64,000 nucleotides of DNA. Origin: Synechococcus sp. GTDB lineage: Bacteria; Cyanobacteriota; Cyanobacteriia; PCC-6307; Cyanobiaceae. How positions within the stretch are numbered: position 1 is the stretch's first letter; each line of letters starts with the position of its first letter. Where the stretch lies: NCBI GenBank assembly GCA_047285805.1, contig JBJBCN010000002.1, positions 384,001-448,000 of the forward strand. The letters are read 5' to 3'. The position numbers were made by a program, and so were the translations under genes. The notes beneath the pieces were generated by a model. That model did no database searches. It was not told the DNA's origin and was given only the letters and a program-made list of their open reading frames with translations. Below are positions 45,177 to 55,337 of this stretch, piece by piece.

Positions 45177-45908
45177 ATGTTTTGGTTCCTTGATATCGTA
45201 TTTGTGACGCTGATCGGCAGCTGCCACTGGCTAATAAAGACACTTTCCGCAAGACCAGGTGCCTTAAAGACGCAGTTATCTTCATTTGGTGGGGGCGCAG
45301 CAATATCATATGTGTTCCTACACATATTCCCGGAGATAGCAGTTGGAGGTGCGGAGATCAGCAAGGCATCTGGAATGCACACCTATATCCCAAGTGAAGC
45401 CCTAGAGAGTCTTATATTTCTCGTTGCACTCATTGGAGCAGTGCTCCCGTATCTAATTAAGTCAGCAAGTCTTCGTCTTCATACGATGAAGGACTATTAT
45501 GAAAACGCGAATCTGACTAGATTTGCCTTGATAAACTATCTTTACGCGTATTCAATGCCATCATTGCTTACCACAGGATATGTGTATGCGCTTTCGTTCA
45601 CTATTGCGATTGCAGGACATGTACTGCTGTCAGATAGGTCAATGCTAGCGAAGCACCAATCTTCTTATTATAAGAAACTAAGGTGGATAGGTAGCCTATC
45701 CCTTGTTATCGGGACTGTGCATACATTTGCACTTCATCCGATTTCGGAACTAAATCTCGCATATATCAAATCATTTATTGGTGGGAGCTTAATTACAAGT
45801 GTTTTGCAAGAAGAAATACCGAAGCCAGATTCTTCTAGAGTTAGCTTCTTTTTGAGTGGACTGATCCTTATGACAGCAATTTTGATAACAAGAGGATTTG
45901 TAAAATAA
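45177..45908 (+). CDS. Multi-pass membrane protein, ZIP-transporter-like
   Basis: SFGGGAAISYVFLHIFPEI, AGH..LSD, FIGGSLITSVLQEEIP; about seven hydrophobic segments. Confidence 0.65.
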   Translation: MFWFLDIVFVTLIGSCHWLIKTLSARPGALKTQLSSFGGGAAISYVFLHIFPEIAVGGAEISKASGMHTYIPSEALESLIFLVALIGAVLPYLIKSASLRLHTMKDYYENANLTRFALINYLYAYSMPSLLTTGYVYALSFTIAIAGHVLLSDRSMLAKHQSSYYKKLRWIGSLSLVIGTVHTFALHPISELNLAYIKSFIGGSLITSVLQEEIPKPDSSRVSFFLSGLILMTAILITRGFVK

Positions 45909-46039
45909 GGATACAAGGGACTATATTAAGTCATGGGCATGGTCATGGAAAAAGTCAGAGATAGGAACTGCAAAACGCTTGATTAAATCTTCAGGTAAGC
46001 AATGATCCATCAATTGATACTTAATCGATCACTAAAAAG

Positions 46040-47683
46040 TCATCTACCCTCAAGATGTCGTAGGTCAACAAAATCAAGTATAGAAGACGAGTATGACAAG
46101 TTATACGGATTCATCCCTTCAAAGTAACCGGATCGAGTAGAGGACTGAATATTAACCACAGACGAGAGAAGGGAGCTAAGATTACTGGTATAACCTGTCA
46201 TTGAGGAAGAATAGTCATTTAACCTCTGGACCAAGGTGGTAATATCCGAGAACCCAGCCTTCAAAGCGACAAGCGTGTCATAGAAAGCTTTTTGAGAAGA
46301 CTTAATAGATTGATCACTCGCAATAAGTTCATTTGAATAGTTAATATAATTAGAGTAATATTGATTACTAGACTGTATGGTGTCAAGTGCAGATTGCTTT
46401 GCAGACTCCTTGGTTGATGATGCAGTCCTCCTTTGTGACCGTGCTGAAAGTGCATCCGCTCCAGAATCGAATAATTTCCAACTCATTGTGATAGCAATAC
46501 TATTACCCCATCCTGAATTGTCAGATTGTGAATAGCTGTCAATAGGAAGAGTACCGCTGTAAGGGGCTTCGCCGACAGTCTTGTATGAATAGGATGTTGA
46601 TGGAGACCAACCAAAGGATAGACCAAAGCTTGGTAGATAGCTAGACAAATAGTAGTCTGATTGACGTAGATAACCTAAGTAGCTATAATAACTACTATAG
46701 ATAGTATCGGAATAGATAAGGCTTGACCGAACAATCTCTTCACGACCTAGAGAGCTGAAACCAATTAAATCAGATATAGTCTTACTCATAAAGAACTTGG
46801 CTGAAATGGTCAACTCGTCAGAAGAAATGCCTATGTTAGATGAAAGAGAGGTATAATAATTATTGAAAGAAATAATAGCAGAAGAGAGATTATTCTGATA
46901 TAGACGCAGTTGAGCCAAGGACTGGGCAACATCTGGGACCGCGAGAAGTCCAATTTGATACTGTGCAACTGTCACCTTAAGCGATTCTGAGGCCGAGTAG
47001 ACGTTTTGTAGTTGAACAAGTATATCTTGGTAAGCAATCCAGACATTTATAGCATCAAGAAGGGATGAATTGTACTGAGATATGTCAGATGCAGTTGAAC
47101 TATATGCTGTAGAAAAGGAAACGTTGTTATAGTACCTAGCCAGGTTTATTGCTGTAGGATTAAAGATTGGGATAGAGAATGTTGGTTTAATACCCCTACT
47201 GTAAATCTGGCTTGAAGATGTATCGTATTCTTGAGTTTGACTTGGTTGGCCAGCTGCTGGAGTTGGGTATGTGAGAGTAGACGAACCTGTATAATTGTAT
47301 GACCATGAACCAGAATCCAGGGAAAAGCTCGGAGCAAATGCTTCTAGAAAGTAGGAACTACGTAAATCCTTGGAAGCCATATAAGAAAAATCAGCTGCCT
47401 TAATATTTGGAGAACGCTTTGTTTGTATGATTACATCATCTAGGGTCTCCAACAAAGGCGAATCGCTAGACTCATTTAAATAAAGGATTGGTTGTGGACA
47501 ATACTCCTTGAGACTCAGTAAACCTAATGCGACTCTCACAAAAGGTTCTCGGTCTAAGCAAAGTAATCTACTGATTGTTGGCTGATTGACTTTTCTAAAA
47601 TTGCGTAACTTAATTTGCTCTGCGTTTGCAGGTAAAACTGAGCTCAAGATAAGTGAAAAAACAAGCGGGATTCTGAAACGCAC
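46040..47683 (-). CDS. TolC-family outer-membrane efflux protein
   Basis: GTG start gives signal peptide MRFRIPLVFSLILSSVLPANA; AQYQIGLLAVPDV, SWKLFDSG and ALKAGFSDITTL fit OEP repeats; divergent from the HlyD/ABC genes. Confidence 0.8.
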   Translation of the reverse strand: MRFRIPLVFSLILSSVLPANAEQIKLRNFRKVNQPTISRLLCLDREPFVRVALGLLSLKEYCPQPILYLNESSDSPLLETLDDVIIQTKRSPNIKAADFSYMASKDLRSSYFLEAFAPSFSLDSGSWSYNYTGSSTLTYPTPAAGQPSQTQEYDTSSSQIYSRGIKPTFSIPIFNPTAINLARYYNNVSFSTAYSSTASDISQYNSSLLDAINVWIAYQDILVQLQNVYSASESLKVTVAQYQIGLLAVPDVAQSLAQLRLYQNNLSSAIISFNNYYTSLSSNIGISSDELTISAKFFMSKTISDLIGFSSLGREEIVRSSLIYSDTIYSSYYSYLGYLRQSDYYLSSYLPSFGLSFGWSPSTSYSYKTVGEAPYSGTLPIDSYSQSDNSGWGNSIAITMSWKLFDSGADALSARSQRRTASSTKESAKQSALDTIQSSNQYYSNYINYSNELIASDQSIKSSQKAFYDTLVALKAGFSDITTLVQRLNDYSSSMTGYTSNLSSLLSSVVNIQSSTRSGYFEGMNPYNLSYSSSILDFVDLRHLEGR

Positions 47684-47841
47684 AGAAATAACATCACTAT
47701 TTTTTGCCTTATAGGAGTCATCGACATTAACGTCAATAACACAGAAAGCGAAAAAACAATATTGTAACAATATCAAGAATTGCATCACTTGTTTGATGGT
47801 CAGGCGCCGATGAGTATCTTGCAAATATTAATAAGTTGTTT

Positions 47842-49077
47842 ATGGAACCATCAAAAGGCGAAGACATCGACTCCGTATCCAAGCACAATGGAGATCTAAA
47901 CTCAAAAATGGACAAATCAGATCCGTTACGATATAGTCAAAGCGTAAATATACTCATCACACCAATAAAATACTGGTCTGGATTGGCAGTCATTACTTCT
48001 GTCGGACTTCTAGGTTGGTCTGTATTTGGAAGGATACCCGAGAAAACCACTTCTAGTGGATTTATAACAAAACCATTTTTATTGGCTTCTGTTGGCCAAT
48101 CAGCCAGTAGCGACGGAACATACTCAAGTATCTTGGTAAAGCCTGGTGACAAAGTAGTCAAGGGTCAGTTACTCGCGAATCTTGCATTCCCAGCCCTATT
48201 GCAAAAAGTTGACGAAGCTAGAACTCAACTGAAAATTGGTAAGACTCAGCATCAATCACAGTATGAGACACCTTCATTTCAAAACTATTTGAATGAGCAG
48301 AAATCATCAGTCGACTCATCTAAGAAATATCTTATTGCAGCTCAAGGCATTGCAAAAACTGGGGCTATATCTGAGACGACAGTAAGGAACGCAAAACAAA
48401 GCTATCAAAGCTCAGTGCAATCACTGCTGTCGACTCAGAGTAAAGTGATCGAGTCAAACTCGAATATAGCAAAACTTGAAACGACACTAAATGCTGCTAT
48501 TACTACGCAAAAAGAGGCTTCAAATATCTATTCACCATATACAGGCATAGTATTAAATATCTTTCGGTCAAGCGGCCAACCTAATGTTCCGGGTAAACCA
48601 TTACTTCAGCTAGAAATAAATGCTAACGGGCAACCTTCACCGCAACAAAGTGATGGTTTAGCTGTTATTTCATTTTTTACTCCAACAGCCGCTGCTAAGT
48701 TATTGGTCGGACAAGAAGTACACATACTTCCCTCAAACATTCAGGCAAATACAGTAGGTAACGTAGTTGGAAGAGTATCAGAAATATCACTCTTACCCCT
48801 TACTCAGTCAGAGGCATCTGGAATTCTCGGTTCACAAGAGTTAGCTACCGAGCTTCTTCAAGATAACAAAAACATCCAGGTCACTATCGACCTGGAAGAA
48901 GATAAACAATCTCCTTCTGGCTTCAAGTGGATCAATGGGTCAGGACCTCCATCAACTCGTCCCTCACAATTCCCAAGGGTTGGCCTACAAGCTCAGGTTT
49001 CTGTGATTACTAAACGAATTCCCCCAATCACACTTGGTGTTCCGGCGCTCAAGAAATTCTTTGGTATTAGCTCATGA
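47842..49077 (+). CDS. HlyD-family membrane fusion protein (NHLP bacteriocin secretion type)
   Basis: TM ending WSVFGRIP, ILVKPGDKVVKGQLLA, IYSPYTGIV, SGFKWINGSGP. Confidence 0.9.
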   Translation: MEPSKGEDIDSVSKHNGDLNSKMDKSDPLRYSQSVNILITPIKYWSGLAVITSVGLLGWSVFGRIPEKTTSSGFITKPFLLASVGQSASSDGTYSSILVKPGDKVVKGQLLANLAFPALLQKVDEARTQLKIGKTQHQSQYETPSFQNYLNEQKSSVDSSKKYLIAAQGIAKTGAISETTVRNAKQSYQSSVQSLLSTQSKVIESNSNIAKLETTLNAAITTQKEASNIYSPYTGIVLNIFRSSGQPNVPGKPLLQLEINANGQPSPQQSDGLAVISFFTPTAAAKLLVGQEVHILPSNIQANTVGNVVGRVSEISLLPLTQSEASGILGSQELATELLQDNKNIQVTIDLEEDKQSPSGFKWINGSGPPSTRPSQFPRVGLQAQVSVITKRIPPITLGVPALKKFFGISS

Positions 49078-51272
49078 ATTTCAAGACACCTTCAAAAATC
49101 CAGGTAGAAGCTATTGAATGTGGAGCCGTTTCATACTGGATTATTAATGGTTTCTACAATAACTGGCTCACAAGTGAAGAAGCAAGAATAGATGTGAATG
49201 TTACAAAAGATGGATCAAATGCATACAATATTGTCCAAGCACTCAAGAGAAAGGGTTTTGATTCAGATGGTTTTCAACCTACCATAGATGAACTCAAGAG
49301 TAATAATCCGGAGTGCGGTCTTCCATGTATTGCTTGGGTAAATAAAGTCCATTGGGTTGTTCTAGAGAAGTTCGATGGGACAAGTTTTTTGATCAGCGAC
49401 CCAGCTAAGGGCCATAGAAAGTCAACTCCTGCAGACTTTGAAAAGGAATACTCAGGCCTAACACTAAGCGCACGTCCTACCAATACCTTCAAACCCCAAG
49501 GCACTAAACCCAATGCGATAGTTGATCTTGTCAGCATTGTTTCTTCCAACAAGAAAGCCATTGCACTTTATGTACTACTTGGATTAGTACTCACTATCCC
49601 CGTAGTGTCCTTAAGCTCATTTATCGGATTTTTTACAGACACGATCCTTGCCGAATCTGGTGCGAGCAATAGTTACATCTGGATCCTAACATTTATAGTA
49701 GGGCTATTCTTTCTTGGAAAATTCCTAGAGCAAATCATTCTGAGAAGGCTTCATTTGTCCGTATTGGCAGCATTGATCCAGAGAACTATCACGAAACTTC
49801 TCTCTCTTCCACTCTCTTTTTACCCACTCAGAGACCTTGGCGAGATAAGTCAGCGCATTACACTTAATATTAGCCTCTCAAATATTCTTACGGGCCCCTT
49901 ATCCAAGGCCTCCGTAGGATTAGCAACGATGGCGATATATGCTGCAATAATGCTGACATATAGTCCAATTCTTGGCATCCTTGTAATACTTCTGGGCGCA
50001 ATAAACTTTTATACTCTAATTAGCCTCGCAAAATCATTAAGCCAGTTCTCACAAAAGAGTTCCATGATGACGGGAAAGATGACATCTAATATTCTATATA
50101 TGGCCAATAACTTTCAATATCTGAAAGCCAATGGACTCGAGCTACCCCTATTTCAACAATGGAGCGATAACTTTTCTCAGTCTCAAACAACAAGCGAGCA
50201 AATGTCCTATATCCAGAAACGCAATACTTCAACTACTTCATTCCTTAATCAACTCGCCGATTATTTAATAGTGATTGTCTCTGGGCTCTTCATAATGATG
50301 GGAAATATTAGCTTAGGTGAATTCATCAGTTTCAGGCTCATATCACTCGCATTCTTGAAACCGATAAATACTCTTGCTGGAGTTAATTCTAAGTTCGCAA
50401 CAGCGGTTGGTGATGTCAACCGGCTGAAAGACTTATGGGATGAGAAGGACGATACCGTAGTCAGAAATTCTTACAAGATGATTGATCAGACTTCTTTTGA
50501 ACTTGACATTAACACAGCATTAAATCTTGTAAGTAATTCAAGCATTAGCCTAGATTCTGGAGGTTTTCGATACACACCAGGTTCACCACCTGTCTTTGAA
50601 GGCATTTCGCTCAATGCACAACATGGTGATGTCATTTCTCTTACTGGGCCACCAGGATCTGGAAAGACAACGCTTTTACAATCTCTGTCCTATCTCACAG
50701 ATCTCGATTCGGGCTCGATTACATTGTCGGACTCACCTATTGGTTCATACGCTCCATCGTTGTTAAGAAGCACCTTGTCCTTCACTTCTCAAGACAAGTA
50801 TATATTTACTGCATCGGCACTGGAGAATATCAAAGTCTTCGATCCACAGATTTCTCAAAGTAATATCTTAGATACTATCGAGCTTTATGGTCTTGCTTCA
50901 ATCTTAAGCTCTCTTCCTCAAGGACTTGCCACTGAACTTGGCCCTTCAGTACAAATAAGCAATTCCGATAAGATTATCATTCACTTACTTCGAAGCCTTG
51001 TCAGAAATCCCAGAATCCTAGTCATAGACGAGCTACTGGCTGACATAGATTCGGATTTCGCTCAGTCTTTACTTATCAGGATCTCCCAGAATATTCCGAT
51101 TGTTATCTTTGTATCACTGGATCCTAATTTAATTTCAATTGCAAATCGATCTCTCGTCTTGAGTTCAAAAGGTCTGCAAGAACTACCCCCACCAGAACTT
51201 ATCACGCGGATTAAAGCGCGCCAAGAATCACAATCTAAACCCCAAACTCAGTACAAGGAGGCTTCCAAGTGA
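49074..51272 (+). CDS. C39 peptidase-containing ABC exporter (NHLP type)
   Basis: QVEAIECGA (catalytic Cys), HWVV and ISDP triad residues, TM domain, Walker A GPPGSGKT, Walker B ILVIDE. Confidence 0.92.
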   Translation: MNFKTPSKIQVEAIECGAVSYWIINGFYNNWLTSEEARIDVNVTKDGSNAYNIVQALKRKGFDSDGFQPTIDELKSNNPECGLPCIAWVNKVHWVVLEKFDGTSFLISDPAKGHRKSTPADFEKEYSGLTLSARPTNTFKPQGTKPNAIVDLVSIVSSNKKAIALYVLLGLVLTIPVVSLSSFIGFFTDTILAESGASNSYIWILTFIVGLFFLGKFLEQIILRRLHLSVLAALIQRTITKLLSLPLSFYPLRDLGEISQRITLNISLSNILTGPLSKASVGLATMAIYAAIMLTYSPILGILVILLGAINFYTLISLAKSLSQFSQKSSMMTGKMTSNILYMANNFQYLKANGLELPLFQQWSDNFSQSQTTSEQMSYIQKRNTSTTSFLNQLADYLIVIVSGLFIMMGNISLGEFISFRLISLAFLKPINTLAGVNSKFATAVGDVNRLKDLWDEKDDTVVRNSYKMIDQTSFELDINTALNLVSNSSISLDSGGFRYTPGSPPVFEGISLNAQHGDVISLTGPPGSGKTTLLQSLSYLTDLDSGSITLSDSPIGSYAPSLLRSTLSFTSQDKYIFTASALENIKVFDPQISQSNILDTIELYGLASILSSLPQGLATELGPSVQISNSDKIIIHLLRSLVRNPRILVIDELLADIDSDFAQSLLIRISQNIPIVIFVSLDPNLISIANRSLVLSSKGLQELPPPELITRIKARQESQSKPQTQYKEASK

Positions 51273-54001
51273 CAATTCAACCATCATCAATAACCTACTA
51301 TACTAGAGTTTCCTGCAACATACCAGTGCCAACATCAGATGGCACTCTAAAGTATCACCTACTTGATCTCTTGCCAGGTTCGATAGATTCGTCATTCTGG
51401 CGTCAACTCATACCCACATTAAATATCGCATTCGAGGAACTTCCAGCCCTAGATGTTGCTGCAGCTTCGCTTTCTAAATATGCATCTGACCCTGGCAATG
51501 AGTATGAAGTTACGCGAAAGATTCTTGACAACCTCTATCTTAATGTTCGTCTCTCACTTTCAAAAAGTCGTCAAGCAGACATCTCCTTTAGAGAGTCTTC
51601 AACCCTTTCAGTTGATGCACCGACACAACGAAAGATTATCTCTAATCAATCTCTCTACCTTGCGCGTATCGAATCTGAAAAGGGTCTTCAGGCGTTTTCA
51701 ATTAATGATGAAGTGGGGGCAGTCAATGCTCCAACAAGATTACTTTTGCCTTCAGGTTCAAGTGTTACCATCTTTGGACAAACAAGCTGCAATATTCTCA
51801 CGACTCTCAGTAATGATGACATTCAAACACTTGTCGATACAATCGCCCATCTCCAGCTTTTACTTGTTCAGGATATAATATCTCGATCTAGGAAGTTAGA
51901 AGCAGACGAGTCTAAGGCCTATAGCTATGCCCTTCAGGCTTTGGAAGAATATATACCTCCATCTCTTAACAAGTCTGATTCAACAGTCTTATCTACAACC
52001 AGTGACTTTGACAATGTCTTTTACTGTGCTGGTGCTGTAGTCAGAAAGGAATCTCAAGCCTCCAATCTATATACGTCCGTCTCACTTGCAGACTGCACTA
52101 CAGAATATGACGCACTTGTTAAGTTGCTAAATGTTTCGTCAGTTCCCTATCGGATATCTGATCCACCTAATGTTTTTGCCGATAACCGTACCTATCTCTT
52201 TGTCAACGAAGATGAATCAGTTACTGCTCATGTTCGAACATCTTATGGATACCGAATAATCTCGAATACTACTACTACTCAAGCTAGAGATGGAGAACCG
52301 CACCCATCTGGGCAGATTATTACCATCTATCCAATTACTCCCGATAATGGAGGCCCTTGGAGCTTTATAAAAACTGGCCTTAGAGATGCTAATGGTCCGT
52401 TGCTTTCTGTGGTCGGGATATCACTCCTCCTTTCAGCAGCGACACTTATTCCTGCTTTTCTGATTGATCAATTGACATCATTATACATTCCTTATGGTAA
52501 CTACTATTCTCTAGTTTTTTTTGGTGTATCAGCTATTGCAGTTCTTGGAATTACGTATATCATCCAACTTCTCCAAGCACGTTACTTAGTCAGATTCGAG
52601 CTTATTACTGACTCTAATCTCCAGACAATGATGGTGGATAGGTTCCTCCGAATTAAGGTCGACGAAGTCGCTTCATACTCTCCTGGAAGTCTTCAAAACC
52701 GAATAATGGGTATATCACAACTTCGATCAACGATCACCTCTAATCTGACACCAATCTTGACCGCTTATCTATCAGTCATCTTCAACTTTATATATCTATT
52801 CGTCTTTTCATGGCAATTGTCGCTCGTCGTAATGGTAGCTGGAGCTCTACTGGGAACAGCTACATTTTGTGCAGCTCAGCAAAGACTAGTTTACTTTAAG
52901 CAGCTCACTGAGCTCGATGGCAAGCTTCTTGAATATACAAATGATTCCATTAATGGTATCCAAGTTCTCAGATCAACTGGAACAACTGATGAACTCCTGT
53001 CCCGTTTTACAAAAGTTGTAAAACCCCTTATCTCAGCAATCTTTAATGCAACTCGTCTACTTAATAGAGTAGACACGCTTTCTGGCTCAACTACTTACAT
53101 ACTGTATATCTTCTTGCTTCCCTTTGCATATCACCTTTCCCATTCAGGCGATTCTGGAGGACGTGTTTTAACGATAGGTGCCACAGTAAGCTTCCTCACC
53201 TGTACCCAAACTTTCCTTTCAAGCTTCGAATCGGCAATTGATAAGTCTATCTCAAGTTTTGTACAGGTGTCTACATACTGGTCTCGTGCAATGGATATCT
53301 TACATCTGCCTGCTGAGCCAGCGCATCTTGAATCAACACCAAAGAATTTTGATGGCTCATTGTCAGCAACTAATCTTGGATTTGTTTATCCATCCAAAGG
53401 TAATATCTCAAATAGGCCGGTCTTTAGCGGGCTCAGCTTTGAATTGAAACCTGCCACTTCTAACCTTATTCTTGGATCATCAAGATCTGGCAAGACAACA
53501 TTGCTTTCTGTCCTATCAGCACTTCATGATACTTACGATGGAACTGTCACGGCTTCTGGACATGACTTAAATACTATGTCACCACGTATTTATCGGTCTT
53601 TCATTTCCAATGTCCCTCAAAACCTTGTGATGAAACAAGGCAGCCTTAAGTCAAACATTAGCTCTGGCGTTTCTGTCTCATCTGATGAGATCGGATCACT
53701 CCTCGAAACCTTTGGGCTTAGTCAGTTCGTTGATTCTTTGCCAATGAAGCTTGGTACCGTAGTTAGTCCAAAGGCTTCGTCAATACCTGTACAGTATAAG
53801 AAAAGACTATTTCTCCTGAGAGCTGCTCTTAAGCGTTCCAAATATGTCTTCATTGATGATGCACTATCTGGTCTTCCTAGTAATGACATACAAAAAGTCT
53901 TGAACTACTTCACTTCAAATGGCGCCACTGTCTTAGCAACGTCATCGAATAGCAGTCTATCTACATACTTTGATCAGACGTTTAGTCTCGACAAGTCTTA
54001 G
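51269..54001 (+). CDS. Second ABC exporter subunit (permease + ATPase) with long N-terminal domain
   Basis: TM domain, Walker A GSSRSGKT, Q-loop NVPQ, SLPMKLGT, VFIDDA; overlaps the upstream ABC gene. Confidence 0.88.
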   Translation: MTIQPSSITYYTRVSCNIPVPTSDGTLKYHLLDLLPGSIDSSFWRQLIPTLNIAFEELPALDVAAASLSKYASDPGNEYEVTRKILDNLYLNVRLSLSKSRQADISFRESSTLSVDAPTQRKIISNQSLYLARIESEKGLQAFSINDEVGAVNAPTRLLLPSGSSVTIFGQTSCNILTTLSNDDIQTLVDTIAHLQLLLVQDIISRSRKLEADESKAYSYALQALEEYIPPSLNKSDSTVLSTTSDFDNVFYCAGAVVRKESQASNLYTSVSLADCTTEYDALVKLLNVSSVPYRISDPPNVFADNRTYLFVNEDESVTAHVRTSYGYRIISNTTTTQARDGEPHPSGQIITIYPITPDNGGPWSFIKTGLRDANGPLLSVVGISLLLSAATLIPAFLIDQLTSLYIPYGNYYSLVFFGVSAIAVLGITYIIQLLQARYLVRFELITDSNLQTMMVDRFLRIKVDEVASYSPGSLQNRIMGISQLRSTITSNLTPILTAYLSVIFNFIYLFVFSWQLSLVVMVAGALLGTATFCAAQQRLVYFKQLTELDGKLLEYTNDSINGIQVLRSTGTTDELLSRFTKVVKPLISAIFNATRLLNRVDTLSGSTTYILYIFLLPFAYHLSHSGDSGGRVLTIGATVSFLTCTQTFLSSFESAIDKSISSFVQVSTYWSRAMDILHLPAEPAHLESTPKNFDGSLSATNLGFVYPSKGNISNRPVFSGLSFELKPATSNLILGSSRSGKTTLLSVLSALHDTYDGTVTASGHDLNTMSPRIYRSFISNVPQNLVMKQGSLKSNISSGVSVSSDEIGSLLETFGLSQFVDSLPMKLGTVVSPKASSIPVQYKKRLFLLRAALKRSKYVFIDDALSGLPSNDIQKVLNYFTSNGATVLATSSNSSLSTYFDQTFSLDKS

Positions 54002-55337
54002 TCCACCGATCCAATATCTCTTCAAGATCCGTTCTTGTTGGATTCATAACTTTCTTGCAACCTGATTCCCTCGCTTCTAATTTCTGAACCTCTAATGTCT
54101 GTTTTATTATCTTTCTTGTGATACTGATTCCAAGTCTTGAGATCGACTTATATAGTAGCATTGCCAATCTAATGATTGACTTCCTCTGCATGATCTCATC
54201 TATCGATGATAAAGTTCTAATTGAGTCAAGGTAGCTCGATATCGCAAAACTGTTTCCCTGCGAAGTCAACAACAAACCTTCCATTGTATCAACTATATAT
54301 TCACGTATAGCATATCTTATAAACGCGGATCGGACTAGGTAAGTCTTCTTATAAGCACCTGACAAGCTTCCCCAATCACGTCTCTGGATCAAGTCACTTA
54401 TAAACTGATTCAAGTCACTGCTAATCACAGTAATATCATTGCGGATACCCTCTGCAAGTAGCAACTGTCTATAAAGCTGTTCCTTCATTACGTCAGCATG
54501 TAGATTAGTATCCAGTATTGTGAGATCTCTAACCGACTGTGTCGACAGTGTCAGCCCATCAAGTTCAGAGTCTCTCGTATCAATATAGACATATGGAGCG
54601 AGTACAAAGTCATCTATAGCACTCTTGCCTGACCTGATACTCTCCACAGATCTATCTATCTCTGCCTGTGTGATGTATTGCGCATTTCGTTGAGGCAGTA
54701 CAAGCAACTCTGCTTCCCGGATAGTCATTTCTAGATCAATACTCTTATAGTCTATATACTCCTCCTTTAAGACCCGAACTACGTCTTTGCTAGCAGAACC
54801 AGCCACTCTATCCATATATTCTTCTATACGCTTCCAGTCTCTCTCCCCAAATGATAGTGTCGAAAGATAACTAACAAGCAAATCTAGGTGATCCTTTAAC
54901 TCTCTATCTTCTACCTTTTCTGCTAATATTCTTAAGTTGATTAATGGTATGCTCAAATGTCTGTAGCCTGCTTCGTTTAACTCATGCAGTAGTCCTACCT
55001 CGTCATCACCTGTACTAGGATTCTCAATATAGTAGCTGTATACGTCCCCAAAGCCGATCATTCCACAAGACTGCATTTCTACAGCTCGTAATGCACCCAT
55101 GCTTGAACAACCAATAACAGTGTATCCAGATTCAATAACCTCTTTTATCTCCCGATGAAGAATGGCGAATTCTTCAAAAAAGTATCCATCTACTACTACT
55201 AACACCTCTACAGAACTATTCTGCATTACATAGTTAACTAAGTCCCCTGCCTTTGCAGGTGGCTGGATGTCCCAACCACAGAAGATATCTTTACTTCCTG
55301 AAGATGGACCTACAAATACAGTTCTCTTATTGATCAT
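53982..55337 (-). CDS. TfuA-like protein 2 with C-terminal extension
   Basis: VFVGPS, PPAKAGDL, VDGYF...ILHREI, GCSSMGALRAVE, GMIGFGDVY, DDEVGLLH, SIPLINLR; ATGA overlap with the YcaO stop. Confidence 0.92.
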   Translation of the reverse strand: MINKRTVFVGPSSGSKDIFCGWDIQPPAKAGDLVNYVMQNSSVEVLVVVDGYFFEEFAILHREIKEVIESGYTVIGCSSMGALRAVEMQSCGMIGFGDVYSYYIENPSTGDDEVGLLHELNEAGYRHLSIPLINLRILAEKVEDRELKDHLDLLVSYLSTLSFGERDWKRIEEYMDRVAGSASKDVVRVLKEEYIDYKSIDLEMTIREAELLVLPQRNAQYITQAEIDRSVESIRSGKSAIDDFVLAPYVYIDTRDSELDGLTLSTQSVRDLTILDTNLHADVMKEQLYRQLLLAEGIRNDITVISSDLNQFISDLIQRRDWGSLSGAYKKTYLVRSAFIRYAIREYIVDTMEGLLLTSQGNSFAISSYLDSIRTLSSIDEIMQRKSIIRLAMLLYKSISRLGISITRKIIKQTLEVQKLEARESGCKKVMNPTRTDLEEILDRWTKTCRD

